Below, piece by piece: positions 38,726 through 50,854 of a DNA stretch of 64,000 nt. The stretch comes from Sminthopsis crassicaudata (taxonomy: Eukaryota). Made by a program: the position numbers and the translations under genes. Under the pieces are notes generated by a model, which did not search any database, was not told the origin of the DNA, and saw nothing but the letters and a program-made list of their open reading frames with translations. Every line of letters starts with the position of its first letter. Positions within the stretch are counted from its first letter, which is position 1. The stretch is from NCBI RefSeq assembly GCF_048593235.1, contig NC_133620.1:27747772-27811771 (forward strand). Reading direction: 5' to 3'.

Positions 38726-40115
38726 AAAGTTTTTTCGGTGCTGAGCTTTGTGTTAAGTGCTAGGGACACCCACAAAAGCAAAAAGCCCCAGTCCCTGCCC
38801 CCTAGGAACTTCCAGTCTAGGAAAAGACACCCACCACAAAAGGGACAGGAGTAGGGGCTGGGCGGTGGCAGTCATGGTGACACAGTGGACAGGGATGAAG
38901 CTCCATCTGTCCCCAAACAGAGATCCCGGAGAGGACTCACCCCTGGGTGAAGGGAGCCGGGCAGCCAGGTCCAGGAAACCTCTCTCTGTATCCGCAGTGC
39001 AGGGGACAGAGCTCAGGGGGCCTGAGGAGCCTCTTGGTCCCAGCTCCACCCCCCCCTCTGGGGCAGATTTCATGCCTACAACCACCAGCCCAGTGGAGAA
39101 GCTTCCTGCTGGGCGGAGAAGGATAAAAAGGGGGAACATCTAAGGAGGGTCATGCCAGTTATTGTTGCGTGTGGGTGAGAAGCATCAGCTCTGGGCTCGC
39201 CTCATCAGCTTCAGGGATCTAAGGGAGCCGCGGCCTCTGGAAGACGCTCCATGTCAGGGGACTTGCTCCTTCCTGAAGCCGGCCTCCCTCTATTTCTGGG
39301 GCCTCTGCTTTCTGCCTCCCTTTGTTGCTCCCAGTCATGTCTTGTGGTCTTTTGGATGGGGGTCCCTGCACTTGCTGTGCTAGCGGGCAGTGTGGCCCAT
39401 GTTTCCAGAGAAAGGCTCTGGACTTGCAGCCTCACTTTGCATTGAGATTTGGAACGAAGTGAGATTCATTTAAGAATCATTGGGCCCATTCCCCGACTCT
39501 TCTGCCTGCCAGGAAGCACGCTGCCAGGCTTGTGCAACTGGGGGCCACGAAATCATATTTGCTTTGAGCCTCACAGCAGCCCTGTGAGCTAGGTGTTCTT
39601 GTTCTGTTTTACACATGAGAGAACTGAGGCAGGTGGGTTAGGGGCCTTGCCCAGGGTCCCACTGGCAGCATCTGGGGACCCAGCGGCTTCCTCGTTCCGC
39701 CCCTTGGGATCAAGGCAGATAGAAAAGCCTCCAGTGCAGGGAGCTCGGCCAAGGGCCCAGAGGGAGAAGAAGGCAGCCAGTCCCTGGACTTGGCCCATAC
39801 GGTCCCCGTTGCCTCCACCAAACGTTCTCGGCTCCCAACCTTAGCCAGTGACTGGCACTGTGAGCCAAGGGGAACGTAGTACCTTGCATCCCCATCCTCA
39901 GGGACCAGTGTGAAGAATCGGGAACTCTGGTGTCTTGTCCCCCCACTGTCTTTGTTGAGACTTTGGCAAGGGGGGCGCCCTGGTCGACGGCCCCCACTTC
40001 TCTGCTGTGAAACAGTGGGAGCCATACAGGCCCCTCAGCTCTCCCACAGCCGCTGTTCTCCCCAGCTGTTTGCCCAGAAGTGAACTGGTCGTAATCGAGT
40101 GCCTTATCTTAACAG

Positions 40116-40309
40116 ATCTCCTGGATTTGTTCCAAAGGACGGGCCAGGGGCCTGAGGGAAAGCTGTCCTACCAGGATCTCTGGAACCTGCTTGGCTCTGC
40201 CCTCCCATCTGCCCAGAACATGGCAGAGTTTGATGTGGACAGAGACGGGACATACTCCTTTCCGGAGCTGAGACTGGCTTTAGGCATTGAACACATGGAG
40301 CAGAATTAG
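40116..40309 (+). CDS. EFCAB14: EFCAB14 exon 11 (EF-hand region and stop)
   Basis: aacag|AT LLDLFQRTGQGPEGKLSYQDLW...FDVDRDGTYSFPELRLALGIEHMEQN*; canonical EF loop DVDRDGTYSFPE. The joined CDS is 1509 nt and in frame. Confidence 0.96.
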
Positions 40310-42897
40310 AATTGGGAGCCCAGCCCCGGCCTCCATCTAGCCATCGCCTGACGAGTCAGCCCTCCCTCAGCCCGGCAGTCCCCACATCTTGAAAGCTGCA
40401 TAGCACTCCTTGTTTGGAGAGTCTAGATAACAGTTATTTTTTTAAAGAGGAGAACATTTCCTTCTGGGAAGTAACTGTACTTTCAGGGCACCCACAGGAA
40501 TGTCGCTTTTGAAACGCCCTCCAATCCAGGGAGTCCTAACTCCGGTCCTTCTCAAGAGGCAAGACCATGTCTTTAAACTGAAAACCGTGTACATAGAGAG
40601 AAACCCCTATTTTCTATTTTACATAAATTTGCCTTAAATTAGCTGCACTTTATAGAAACCCAGAAAAATCTTGTCTTTTCTGTCCGAGAGAGGCCTTTTC
40701 CAAGCATTTGTCAGTAGTTGACATTGAACGGGGAATTATGTGCACTGGGGAGATGTGAGAAAACAGTCCTGAATAGGCTACTAGTGACTTCGCACAGGAC
40801 CCAGGCGGGAGGGCTGCTGCCTCCCTGGGGTTTTCTCACTAAGCAGTCACCCTGCTCCCATCCCCGTCCTGACCAGCGGGTCAGAAAAGGGCCTTGTGGG
40901 CCCCTCCAACCTCATTGGAGGCTCTTCAGGTTGTCGAGCTTAGCTAAAGTGTTTGCAGGAAAGGATGGTGTGAAACCCGGGAGCCCACCTTTTGTGGCTT
41001 CTCCTCTTCCTGAGATGTTGCCTTCCCCTCCCTGCCTGCCCCCTCCTCCTGCTGATGGGACGGACACAGACTCATCCCTTCCGTGTGGTCTCTGCCTGGT
41101 CACCAGGGCCATTCTGCTGCCAGCCAGTGTCAGAGCCTGCCCTGAGAGGCACAAAAGTGAAAATGAAATGTCAGACATGCTGGGCCCTTGCATGAGACAA
41201 GAGGCCAGAAAACCCCCGGGATCTTAGCAAGTGCAATAGCTTTCTAACCCCCCACAGTGGGGCTGGTGGTGGGCCTCCAGGGATAGTCAGTTCCAGCCAC
41301 ATCCGGACACATCTGAGAAGGAAGCCTCTGCAGAGTCATCTGTGGGGATAGGGAGGCTGGAGAAGTCATGGGGCAAATGCCTTTATTTAGCTGCATTTAG
41401 GTGATGGCCCCTTGGCAGCCTGGCAGTAAAGCATCATCCCTACTTGGGTGGGGGCTGTTCTTTGAGGCAATCCTTAAGTTAGAGTCACAAAACCCCTGTC
41501 GAGGCAGGTGAAGGTCGGCGGGGGATGAGTGGGCCAGTGCCCTGGGAATGTGTCCGATCTGCCATGATAAAGGCTTCTCTCCCTGCATCCCCCCTTCGGC
41601 TGCACCATTTCCCGGCAGGAGGCCATGATCCGCTGACCACTATCCTGGCCTTGCCTGTGACCCTCTTTGGTATACCTGTCCCTATAAATACTCTAACAAC
41701 CAAATAAAATTCTAGCAATAAAACTGACCACTCTAAGAGCTGTATATCTTGTCCCATAGGGCTTATGTCTATACCTGTCAGGGTTTTTTGGTTTGAATTT
41801 TTTTTTTTTTTAATTGATTTCCGTGAAACATTAAGGGGATGGGCCGGCTGCCCTTTTTAACTTGAGCAGTTCGGAGATCATGGAGAGCCTTTGGGCCAGT
41901 TTAGTTAAAAAGTCTATTTCAAGTTTGGCTTAGGCATTAGAAGGAATCCCATTGGCGTGGGCCAGGTCTTGAGTCTGTCATTACTGGCCAACTTCCAAGG
42001 GTCCCGGGGTCTAATCACCTGCCTGACTCCCTGAAGCACCACCTCTGGCAACGCATTGACTGGCAGTGCTGCCTGGGCCCTCCAGGCCCGAGTGACTGTG
42101 CCTCTTCCAGGCCTGGCAGCATGGGATGGTCCTCCAAGGGATGGCTTTCTCCGAGCCACTCTGGCCCCGAGCAGCCAACCCTGCCGGGCTCCTCAGTCAT
42201 TTTACCTGCTCTCTGTGGCCCCACTCAACTCTGGGACTGTTTCTTGCTCTCGGTTCCCTGATTGTGGGGGCGGGGTTTGGCCAGGGAGCCCTCCAGGACC
42301 TCAGCCACAAACTGGCCCACGGCGTTGCCCAAAGGAGAGTTGGGGGCGGGGCATCAGAGAGAGGTGTAATGAGAGCCTGAGAGAGAGGGGATCCCTTCTT
42401 CATTAGCTGTGATCCAGCCCCTTCCAGTCCAGGGTCAGAGCATCTGTGCCTAGGGACTGCATTGGGAGCTGACCTCCCCCATCGCTCCTTTGTCCCTCTT
42501 CTCTTCCTCATTTCTGTCTGTGTCTCTGAATCTCCCGTTCTCTCTCTCTCTCCTGGCCCCTTGTGTCTGTTTCTGTCTTTCCCCATTTCTTCATCTCTCT
42601 CCCTCTCTCTTCTCCCCACCCCCCATCTATGTCTATCTCTCCCACTCTTCACGTTGAGATGCTCCCTTACCCTCCTATTGGAACTACATTTTGTAGAGCA
42701 TGAGCCATCTTGTCCTTGCTCATCTACCTTGTCAGTCTCATCCTGAGGCAATAGGTTGGATCTGCCCTGTCCGGGGACCCGAATTGGTCCACACCCAGAG
42801 AGGGGATGGATGTCTCCTGCCTGTGGAGTAGTCTGGGGCCCCATCCCTGAGAGGAGCTTTGCACTTTATTAACATGTAACAAGTTTGAATTTCTCTA

Positions 42898-42903
42898 AAT
42901 AAA
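42898..42903 (+). terminator. Probable distal poly(A) signal of EFCAB14
   Basis: AATAAA followed by a U/GU-rich element (tcttttttctgattgtgtctgtg). Confidence 0.7.
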
Positions 42904-43795
42904 ACATTTCCTCTTTTTTCTGATTGTGTCTGTGATTAAAGCTTATTGAGGTGGGTTGAGGGGTACAGCAGAGAGGAAAAGGCTTCCTTCTGGGAGATGG
43001 GCTGGGGAGGGAAGCTAGATGAGTGGAACAGAAGCACCACGTGAAAAATAAAGTGGGGAAGTGGCCCAGCACATTGGCAGAGGAGCTTGGGCTGGGAAGG
43101 AACAGTTAGGGACAGTCTGCAGCTAGGCCTCTGAGCATGGAGAGGTTTCCCAGGGCTTGGGAGAGGGTTATGGTTCTCACCCCCCCCCCTCTCTCTCTGT
43201 CTCTCTCCTCCTGCTAAGTGGACAAAATAAGAGTTGCCTCTACTTCCTTCCCAGTCAGCCACTGGGAAAGAACTTTCCAAGATTTAAGGGGTAAACTTTG
43301 TTGTTCGATTATTATTGCAGCTGAAGTCTCTAGTGAGTCCTGCCCTTCACCCTAAGTTAGGATGTGCTGAAAGGATGAGGGAAGCAGGGATGGAAGGATC
43401 CATGATTTGGGTCTGTTTGGGGGCTCTGACCTGCTGTGATCCCGGGTACCTGACTACTTGGGGAAGGAGAAGCCATTGTCCCCTGGGGGAAAGTGGTCAC
43501 AAGTGGTCTCAGTAACGGGACCACTAGGAGAAGCTTGGGCCCATTGTATTGGGGTACCCGGGAACGTGAGATGGAGAGCCAGAAGGAAACTTGGAGATTG
43601 TGGAACCAACCCAAGCCCTGGTTCTTCAGCAGGCCCAGAAGGGGAGGAAGTAGGGACACTGCCTCCCGCATCTGTCATAACTGTAACGGGGCAAATGATG
43701 ATTTAGGCGTGGTCCCGGCTCAGTTCCTTTTGTTTGGCGCAGCCCTCCGCCCACCCTCCATCTCCCAGACCAGTGGTTGGGTTTGTTTTTAACAT

Positions 43796-43801
43796 TTTAT
43801 T
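43796..43801 (-). terminator. Probable TEX38 poly(A) signal
   Basis: TTTATT on plus (AATAAA on minus), about 190 nt after the TEX38 stop. Confidence 0.65.
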
Positions 43802-43987
43802 TTAAAAGTCTAATCTCAGACTTGTTTGCCGAAGGTGATTTGGCTGGGGATGGGCAACTAAGGCGAGTGAGAAGACAGAAGCCACGAACTTTAAGAAAAA
43901 AGATCATTGCATGGTGTGAGTCCAAAGCAGGCCACTGGCCCCTGGGCCCCCCTGGGCCCCTGCCCCACGCCCCTCCCCATGCCTGCA

Positions 43988-44551
<564 letters not shown>

Positions 44552-44599
44552 CTAGCATTAACCAGCGCCCGGGGATGGGAGCAGCCCACCCACTGACCA

Positions 44600-46440
44600 C
44601 CAGCAAGCCTCCCTCCTCCTCCCCCGGGGACTCACCGAAGCACAAGCCCCACTGAGGAGAGACCCTCAGACTGGCCCTCGGGGAGCCTCGGGGCCAGGGT
44701 GCAAACATCCGGGGCCGCCCCCTCCCCCACCACTCAGAGGTCTCCTGCTCGCCCGTGCCAGGGCCCCTCCCCTCTGACCGCTGTCCGTCCTCCGGTCTCA
44801 GAGAGCGCCTGACGGCAGGGAGGGTGCGGGGCATGGGGTGAGTTGGACAGAAGTGGGGGAGGGCCGCGCAGTCACCAGCCCCCGTTCTCCTGCAGAGACG
44901 TTGGCTGAGGCCGGATAGCGGGAGGATGTCGGCCACAGACGCAGGGGGAGGCCTGGCCTTTTCCTACGAGGGGAAGGAGACTAGAGCACCTACCACCGGG
45001 GATGCTCGGCCGCTCTCCGCGGGAGTCCATGAGGGCAGCGGGCTGGTGGTGCCGGGGAGCCTGCGAGGCTCTCCAGGGAAGGCCCTCTGTCCGGCCTCCT
45101 CCAACAAGATCAGAACCCCAGCATTATTGCTCCTCCAGGTTGCCAGGCTCCGGAACCTGAACATTCCAGGGGCCGGGGTGTCCCTGGGGGCGGGGGCAGC
45201 GCTCCGAGGTCTGGGCCCCCCCCCCAGAAGGCCCCGCCTTCCTCCGCTCCCCGCCCCCAGAGCAAGGCTCGTCCCATCCCAGGCCGAGCAAAGGTCCCCG
45301 GGATGGCAGAACAAATGGACGCGCGAACTCCGGCTTCGGGGTCCCCGCGGCTTCACTTCCCACGTGACCCAGTTTCCCTCCGTCTCCTGAAGCTGTGGCT
45401 CCTGTTGAGCTGTATCGGGACATGTCTTCGGGAGTCCGAGCCCGCAGCCTTCTCGGCACCCAGTAGGGCCTGAACATGCAAGCCCACTACGGGCTCCATT
45501 CTAAGTGGAGCTGCGTTTTATTCCCCTCCTGCCTCTGAGGCCCCCTCGCCCCCTCCCCGGGATTCTGGCAGAGCCACGCCCCCTGCCCAGGCCCGGAAGG
45601 AGCTGTCCCCAAACGATGACACGAGGCCCTGAAGGAAAATCTAGGAGAAACGCTGCAGACGAAACCTCAGGGCTCAGGAGGAGCCGGGAGGGGCTTCCCG
45701 GGGCGCCTGAGAACGACCCTGAGCCTCGGCTTCCCGTCCGTAGGAGGGCGCCCTTTCACATTCCCCAGGCTCTGTGTTCATTTGCCATCCTGACTGAGGG
45801 CTTTGCTTCTGGCCGCGCGCGGCCCCCGCGGGCCCGGGTAAATGCTCGCGCCTTTCCTCGCCCCACCTGCCTTCATCTCGGACGCCATTACTGTGAGCCC
45901 CCCGAGGGCAGGGACCTGTTTTTGCTTCCTGCGGCGCCCGGCACAGTGGGTGCTTAATAAATGTTGATCTAGTCTAACCGCTACGTTTTAGAAATGAGAA
46001 AACGGGCTCAACTCCCAGAAGGCGCCGAGGTCAGGCGGGATTCGAACCCAGGCCCTGCTGCTGGGCTTCAGACCACGTGGGCAGACAGCTGTGAGGGAGC
46101 GCTAGGGCCGGGTCACATCTCTAAGGGAATGGCTTGCCTCGATAGGGAGAGAGCTCCCCATTCGAGGAAAGCCTCGGGAGTCGGCCTCGAGTTCTAATTC
46201 TACAGGTGTCCCCCAGGTCCAAGCCTCCCCGGAGGCCCCTCCCCTCTCGAGGCTGCGCAGAAGAGGCCCCGCCCGTTAGGCAGGAACGTTGCTGCGGCGG
46301 AACCTTGGACGCGGGGGCGGGGCGGAAGCAGCGGCGCCAGGGGAGGGGGATGGAGGGGCGCGCGACGGCTGCGGCGGAAGCGGCGGCGGCGGAAGCAACT
46401 GTGGGGGCGGGCGCACAGGTGGAGGACGAGGAGGAAAAAA
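44600..46440. promoter_or_regulatory. CpG island, probable divergent TEX38/ATPAF1 promoter
   Basis: CpG-dense DNA between head-to-head genes; repeated GCGGAAG ETS/GABP-type motifs near 46322, 46374 and 46390, just before ATPAF1. Confidence 0.65.
44636..44708 (-). CDS. TEX38: Candidate TEX38 first coding exon
   Basis: ATG at 44708, MFAPWPRGSPRASLRVSPQWGLCF G|gtgagt; phase 1 fits exon 2. No recognisable similarity to human exon 1. Confidence 0.45.
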
Positions 46441-46442
46441 CT

Positions 46443-46690
46443 ATGGCGGCAGCCATGGCTGCCATGGCAGCGGGAGGCGCGGGCCCAGCCGTGCTGCAGG
46501 TGGCGGGCCTCTACCGGGGCCTGTGCGCCGTGCGCAGCCGCGCTCTGGGACAGGGCCTCGGCCTAGGCTTCGTGGGGACCGAGCAGCTGCGGCTCTTCTC
46601 CGTGCGCCGGAGCGCCGGGAGCGGCGAGGCCGAACTCGAGACTAACCCCTACTATGACAAGTACCGGGACAAGATCCAGCAACTGCGCAG
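46443..46690 (+). CDS. ATPAF1: ATP synthase mitochondrial F1 complex assembly factor 1 (Atp11 family), exon 1
   Basis: [36 protein letters not shown]...[17 protein letters not shown]|gtgcgg. Alternative in-frame ATGs at 46350, 46455 and 46464. Confidence 0.93.
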
Positions 46691-47630
46691 GTGCGGAAGG
46701 ACGGGGTGGGGCGAGGAGGAGGCGGAGCTTCTCCCTCTAATTAGCAGAGACCAGATCCTATCATTGTTCAGGTGCCGAGGGGCGGGAACGGAAGGGGCGT
46801 CTCGCGCTGACTGCGCAGGTGCCGAGGGGCGGGCAGGGCTGGGAAGCCGACATTGAGAAAAGGTCTCCAGAACTCCTCAGCCCTGGGAGGGAGAGGAGGC
46901 GGGGATAGCCTAATTAGATCCTGCTGCGACTGCGCGGTGGGAATCTAGCGTGGGGTGTTCGAATCCTGACCCGCCGCTGAGATTCAGTTTCCCGTGTGGA
47001 ATTAGGATTACCGCAGCTTGGGCTCCCGATCCCCAATCTCCCCGCATTCACTTCCTGTGTCTCCAGCCAGGGTGAAAAAGTGCGGGGCTAGTTTGCCCGT
47101 CTGTAAAGTGAGGTTGCATGGCCCCCAATCCAGATCCGGCCCCGGATCTCCAGTCCTCTTAGCCTGGGCTCCGAATGTCACCTCACAATGCCAGGTGTGC
47201 AGTAGGTGATTAATAAGTGCCGGCTGGCTGACTTGGGTCAGAATCCAGTGACCCTGTAGCCTTATGATGCCAAGTATATAGAAGGTGACTAACAAGTGCT
47301 GGCTGGCTGAGGTCGGAGACCAGCCGCTCCTTTGTCTCAGAGGCCCGGCACGACAGGAGTTTCTGTTTTTCAGTCCTCGGGCCTGGTGGGCGCTGCAGGA
47401 GGGTGGAGGCGAGGCTCCTTCAAGGGCACATTCTCGCCGGGCCTGGCTCCCCGAGCCCGTGGGAAGGAAAGGCCAGGGGCTCCCTTACAAATACCGGCCT
47501 CCTGAGGGCCGCTACAATAATCCCCCTTTTACATTTGGGGCCACTGAGGCACCAGGTCACAGCTGGGAAGCGGCTGCGGCCGGACTAGAACTCTGTCACT
47601 GAGCCCGCCAGCCTGGGCTGCAGTTGGAGG

Positions 47631-48995
47631 CCTCCTCTCCCCCCCACCTCACTCCTCCCCCACCTCACTCCTCCCCCCACCTCACTCCTCCCCCACCTCA
47701 CTCCTCCCACCTCACTCCTCCCCCACCTCACTCCTCCCACCCCCCATCTCACCCCCCATCCCCACCTCACTCCTCCCACCTCACTCCTCTCCCCCCCACC
47801 TCACTCCTCCCCCACCTCACTCCTCCCCCACCTCACTCCTCCCCCCCACCTCACTCCTCCCCCCACCTCACTCCTTCCCCCACCTCACTCCTCCCCCACC
47901 TCACTCCTCCCCCCCACCTCACTCCTCCCCCACTTCACTCCTCCCCCCCACCTCACTCCTCCCCCACTTCACTCCTCCCCCCACCTCACTCCTCCCCCTA
48001 CCTCACTCCTCCCCCACCTCACTCCTCCCCCACTTCACTCCTCCCCCCCACCTCACTCCTCCCCCCACTTCACTCCTCCCCCCACCTCACTCCTCCCCCA
48101 CCTCACTCCTCCCCCCACCTCACTCCTCCCCCCACCTCACTCCTCCCCCACCTCACCCCTCCCCCCACCTCACTCCTCCCCCCCACCTCACTCCTCCCCC
48201 CACCTCACTCCTTCCCCCACCTCACTCCTCCCCCACCTCACTCCTCCCCCCCACCTCACTCCTCCCCCACTTCACTCCTCCCCCCCACCTCACTCCTCCC
48301 CCACTTCACTCCTCCCCCCACCTCACTCCTCCCCCTACCTCACTCCTCCCCCACCTCACTCCTCCCTCCCACCTCATTCCTCCCCCCCACCTCACCCCTA
48401 TCCCCCACCTCACTCCTCCCCCCCACCTCATTCCTCCCCCCACCTCACTCCTCCCCCACCTCACTCCTCCCCCCACCTCACTCCTCCCCCCACCTCACTC
48501 CTCCCCCACCTCCCACCTCCCCCCACCTCACTCCTCCCCCACCTCACTCCTCCCACCCCCACCTCACTCCTCCCACCTCACTCCTCCCCCACCTCACTCC
48601 TCCCCCACCTCACTCCTTCCCCACTTCACTCCTCCCCCCCACCTCACTCCTCCCCCACCTCACTCCTCCCCCCCACCTCACTCCTCCCACCCCCCATCTC
48701 ACCCCCCACCCCCACCTCACTCCTCCCCCCCACCTCATTCCTCCCCCCCACCTCACTCCTCCCCCACCTCACTCCTCCCACCCCCCATCTCACCCCCCAC
48801 CCCCACCTCACTCCTCCCCCCCACCTCATTCCTCCCCCCCACCTCACTCCTCCCCCACCTCACTCCTCCCACCCCCCCATCTCACCCCCCACCCCCACCT
48901 CACTCCTCCCCCCCACCTCATTCCTCCCCCCCACCTCACTCCTCCCCCCTCACTCCTCCCACCCCCCCATCTCACCCCCCACCCCCACCTCACCC
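47631..48995. repeat. C-rich minisatellite (CCCCACCTCACTCCT-like, about 14-17 bp, roughly 85 copies) in ATPAF1 intron 1
   Basis: Direct reading; no G on the plus strand across the array. The copy number is estimated from length. Confidence 0.97.
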
Positions 48996-49033
48996 AGGCA
49001 AAAGCCAACCCCGGCCTCCCTCCCCTCCCGCAG

Positions 49034-49142
49034 GTCGGACCCCGCGGCCTTTGAGTCCCGCCTGGAGAAGCGGCATGAGCTGCGCAGGCAGCCCGTGGGA
49101 CACTCCAAGCAGGCCGACTTTATCCAGTGTGTGGAGCAGAAG
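49034..49142 (+). CDS. ATPAF1: ATPAF1 exon 2
   Basis: ccgcag|G SDPAAFESRLEKRHELRRQPVGHSKQADFIQCVEQK|gcaaga (GC donor); 109 nt. Confidence 0.93.
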
Positions 49143-49572
49143 GCAAGAGAGCTGGGGCCTGGCCACACCGGGACTCCCCGGGGCTCTGGCTGCACGGTGC
49201 TGTGGCCAGTGGGGGGGGGGCCCTCTGCAGGGGGGGGTCTCTGCAGGGGAGGGGGGAGGGGGGTCTCTAGGGAGGGAGAGGAGGGGGGTCTGGGGGGGGT
49301 CCTCTGTGCCTCCCTGCAGGCCCCCGCCAGCTGTCTCCCCCCCACATCCCTGCCTCTCACCCCCTCACCACCCCCTCCCAGCTCCCTGAAGTTCTGGTTC
49401 GTCCAGAGCAGAGCGGGCTCGGGGTTCTGGGGGACATCTGGGCCCTGGACGATCAGGGAAAGGCCCAGAATAGCCGGCCAGGTGGGCGGAGACGTGGCGA
49501 GGGCAGGGGCTGGGAGGGTCCGCTCCTTTCCTTCCCGAAGAGCCGAGACCCAAGACTTCTTCCTTTCAGTAG

Positions 49573-49620
49573 GAAGCCCTGGGGAAGCAGTCTTCAAAGA
49601 GAGGATTCACTAAAGACAAG
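49573..49620 (+). CDS. ATPAF1: ATPAF1 exon 3 (using the distal TAG acceptor)
   Basis: tttcagtag|EALGKQSSKRGFTKDK|gtaggg, compared with human TDALGKQSVNRGFTKDK. Confidence 0.88.
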
Positions 49621-50348
49621 GTAGGGGCTGGGGTCCAGGACAGGGGGGGGGGGGGGGCGGGCTCCTCCTTCCCCGGCCCTCTCTGGGCCGACGTCCCGCC
49701 CCTGCGCCCCCAGCCTGTCAGTCAGACGCCTCCAGGGCCCAGAGGAGGACCCTGACAGTCGTCTCCTTATCCCAGAGCAGCTCCCCTTGGGGGGGGGAGC
49801 AGACCCTGAGGGGCCAGAGGGCTGGAGTCACCTGGGGGCCCCCGGAGGCCAGAAGGGGAAAAGAAACGGAAGAGCAGCCGAAGTTCTTCCTGAGGAAATG
49901 GCGGCCAGAGGCCTCCCTCGGTACCTCGGACTTCCTTCTATAGAGTGATGGAGGGTCGTCAACCTGGGGTCCATGGGAGTGTGGGCTGACCTCAGGCGTC
50001 TGTGAGTCCCCTGCTTCCCCTTCATTCTGACCAAAATTTAGCATTCGCTTCCTCTGATTTTTTTACGCCTCCATCAGAGGGGGTCGTGGGGGTCCCTGGA
50101 GGGGTCCAGACCTCCTGGCCTCCATGTCCCTTCTAGAGCCACAGGTCTGTGGGGCCACAGGGGCGAGCCCGGACATTCTCTGGCCCTCGCTGGAGCCGCC
50201 AGCCTTCCTGGTCACCCGGGCCAGAATTCTGAGCGTGGCTCCCCCCGGGGACGGCTTTGGGAAAGGAGCAGACGGCCCGGCCCTCCCCCCAGAGCCTGGA
50301 GCTGGGCGGGGGGTCCTTCCTCTTGACCACCCTCATTTCCCATTTCAG

Positions 50349-50411
50349 ACTCTCAGCTCATTCTTCAACCTGGAGATGGTGAAAGATAAAACTGGAGAAG
50401 AAATCCGGCAG
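50349..50411 (+). CDS. ATPAF1: ATPAF1 exon 4
   Basis: tttcag|TLSSFFNLEMVKDKTGEEIRQ|gtaacg; 63 nt. Confidence 0.95.
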
Positions 50412-50854
50412 GTAACGCACCTCCCCCCTTGGGGAGGCCTCAGGCCCAGCAGGGTTTTGCTGAGGGGGGACCCCGACTGGTCACCACTGGGGGGGGTCCC
50501 CGGTCCTGGGACGTCTGCCCCCCACCAGCTAATCCCGCAGCCTGTCTTTGGGGTTTCTTCCCCCTTCCAGCAGCTTCAGGGCAGGATCCCTGCCCACCCT
50601 CAGCCCCCCCCCGCTCTAGCTGTGGGCCCAGGCAACCTTGCAGAGCCCCTCTCCCACCCTGCCCCAGGCCTGCTCCACGTGCGCCGCTCATCTTCCTGGG
50701 AATCGGAATGACTTTGGGGGCCTGGAGTTCTGTGGGGGAGGGAGACCCCCGGGCCTGGGCTCAGCTGCCCCTCAGACACTGACTGGCCGCGTCACCTGAG
50801 CAGGTCACTTCCCTCTCAGTAACATAAACTCCTGCCTGCAGCCTTAGGAGGGTC

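Noticed and set aside
46206-46349. ORF-track start of ATPAF1 at 46206
   Set aside because: It is a non-ATG start in promoter-region sequence, with no homology support.
45990-47010. tRNA B-box-like GGATTCGAACCC (about 46038) and GTTCGAATCC (about 46957)
   Set aside because: No cloverleaf could be built; the context fits CpG-preserved MIR remnants.
47624-49054. 476-aa Pro/His/Thr ORF resembling an extensin or mucin
   Set aside because: A G-free repeat can contain only TAA as a stop, so long ORFs are expected; it lies in ATPAF1 intron 1.
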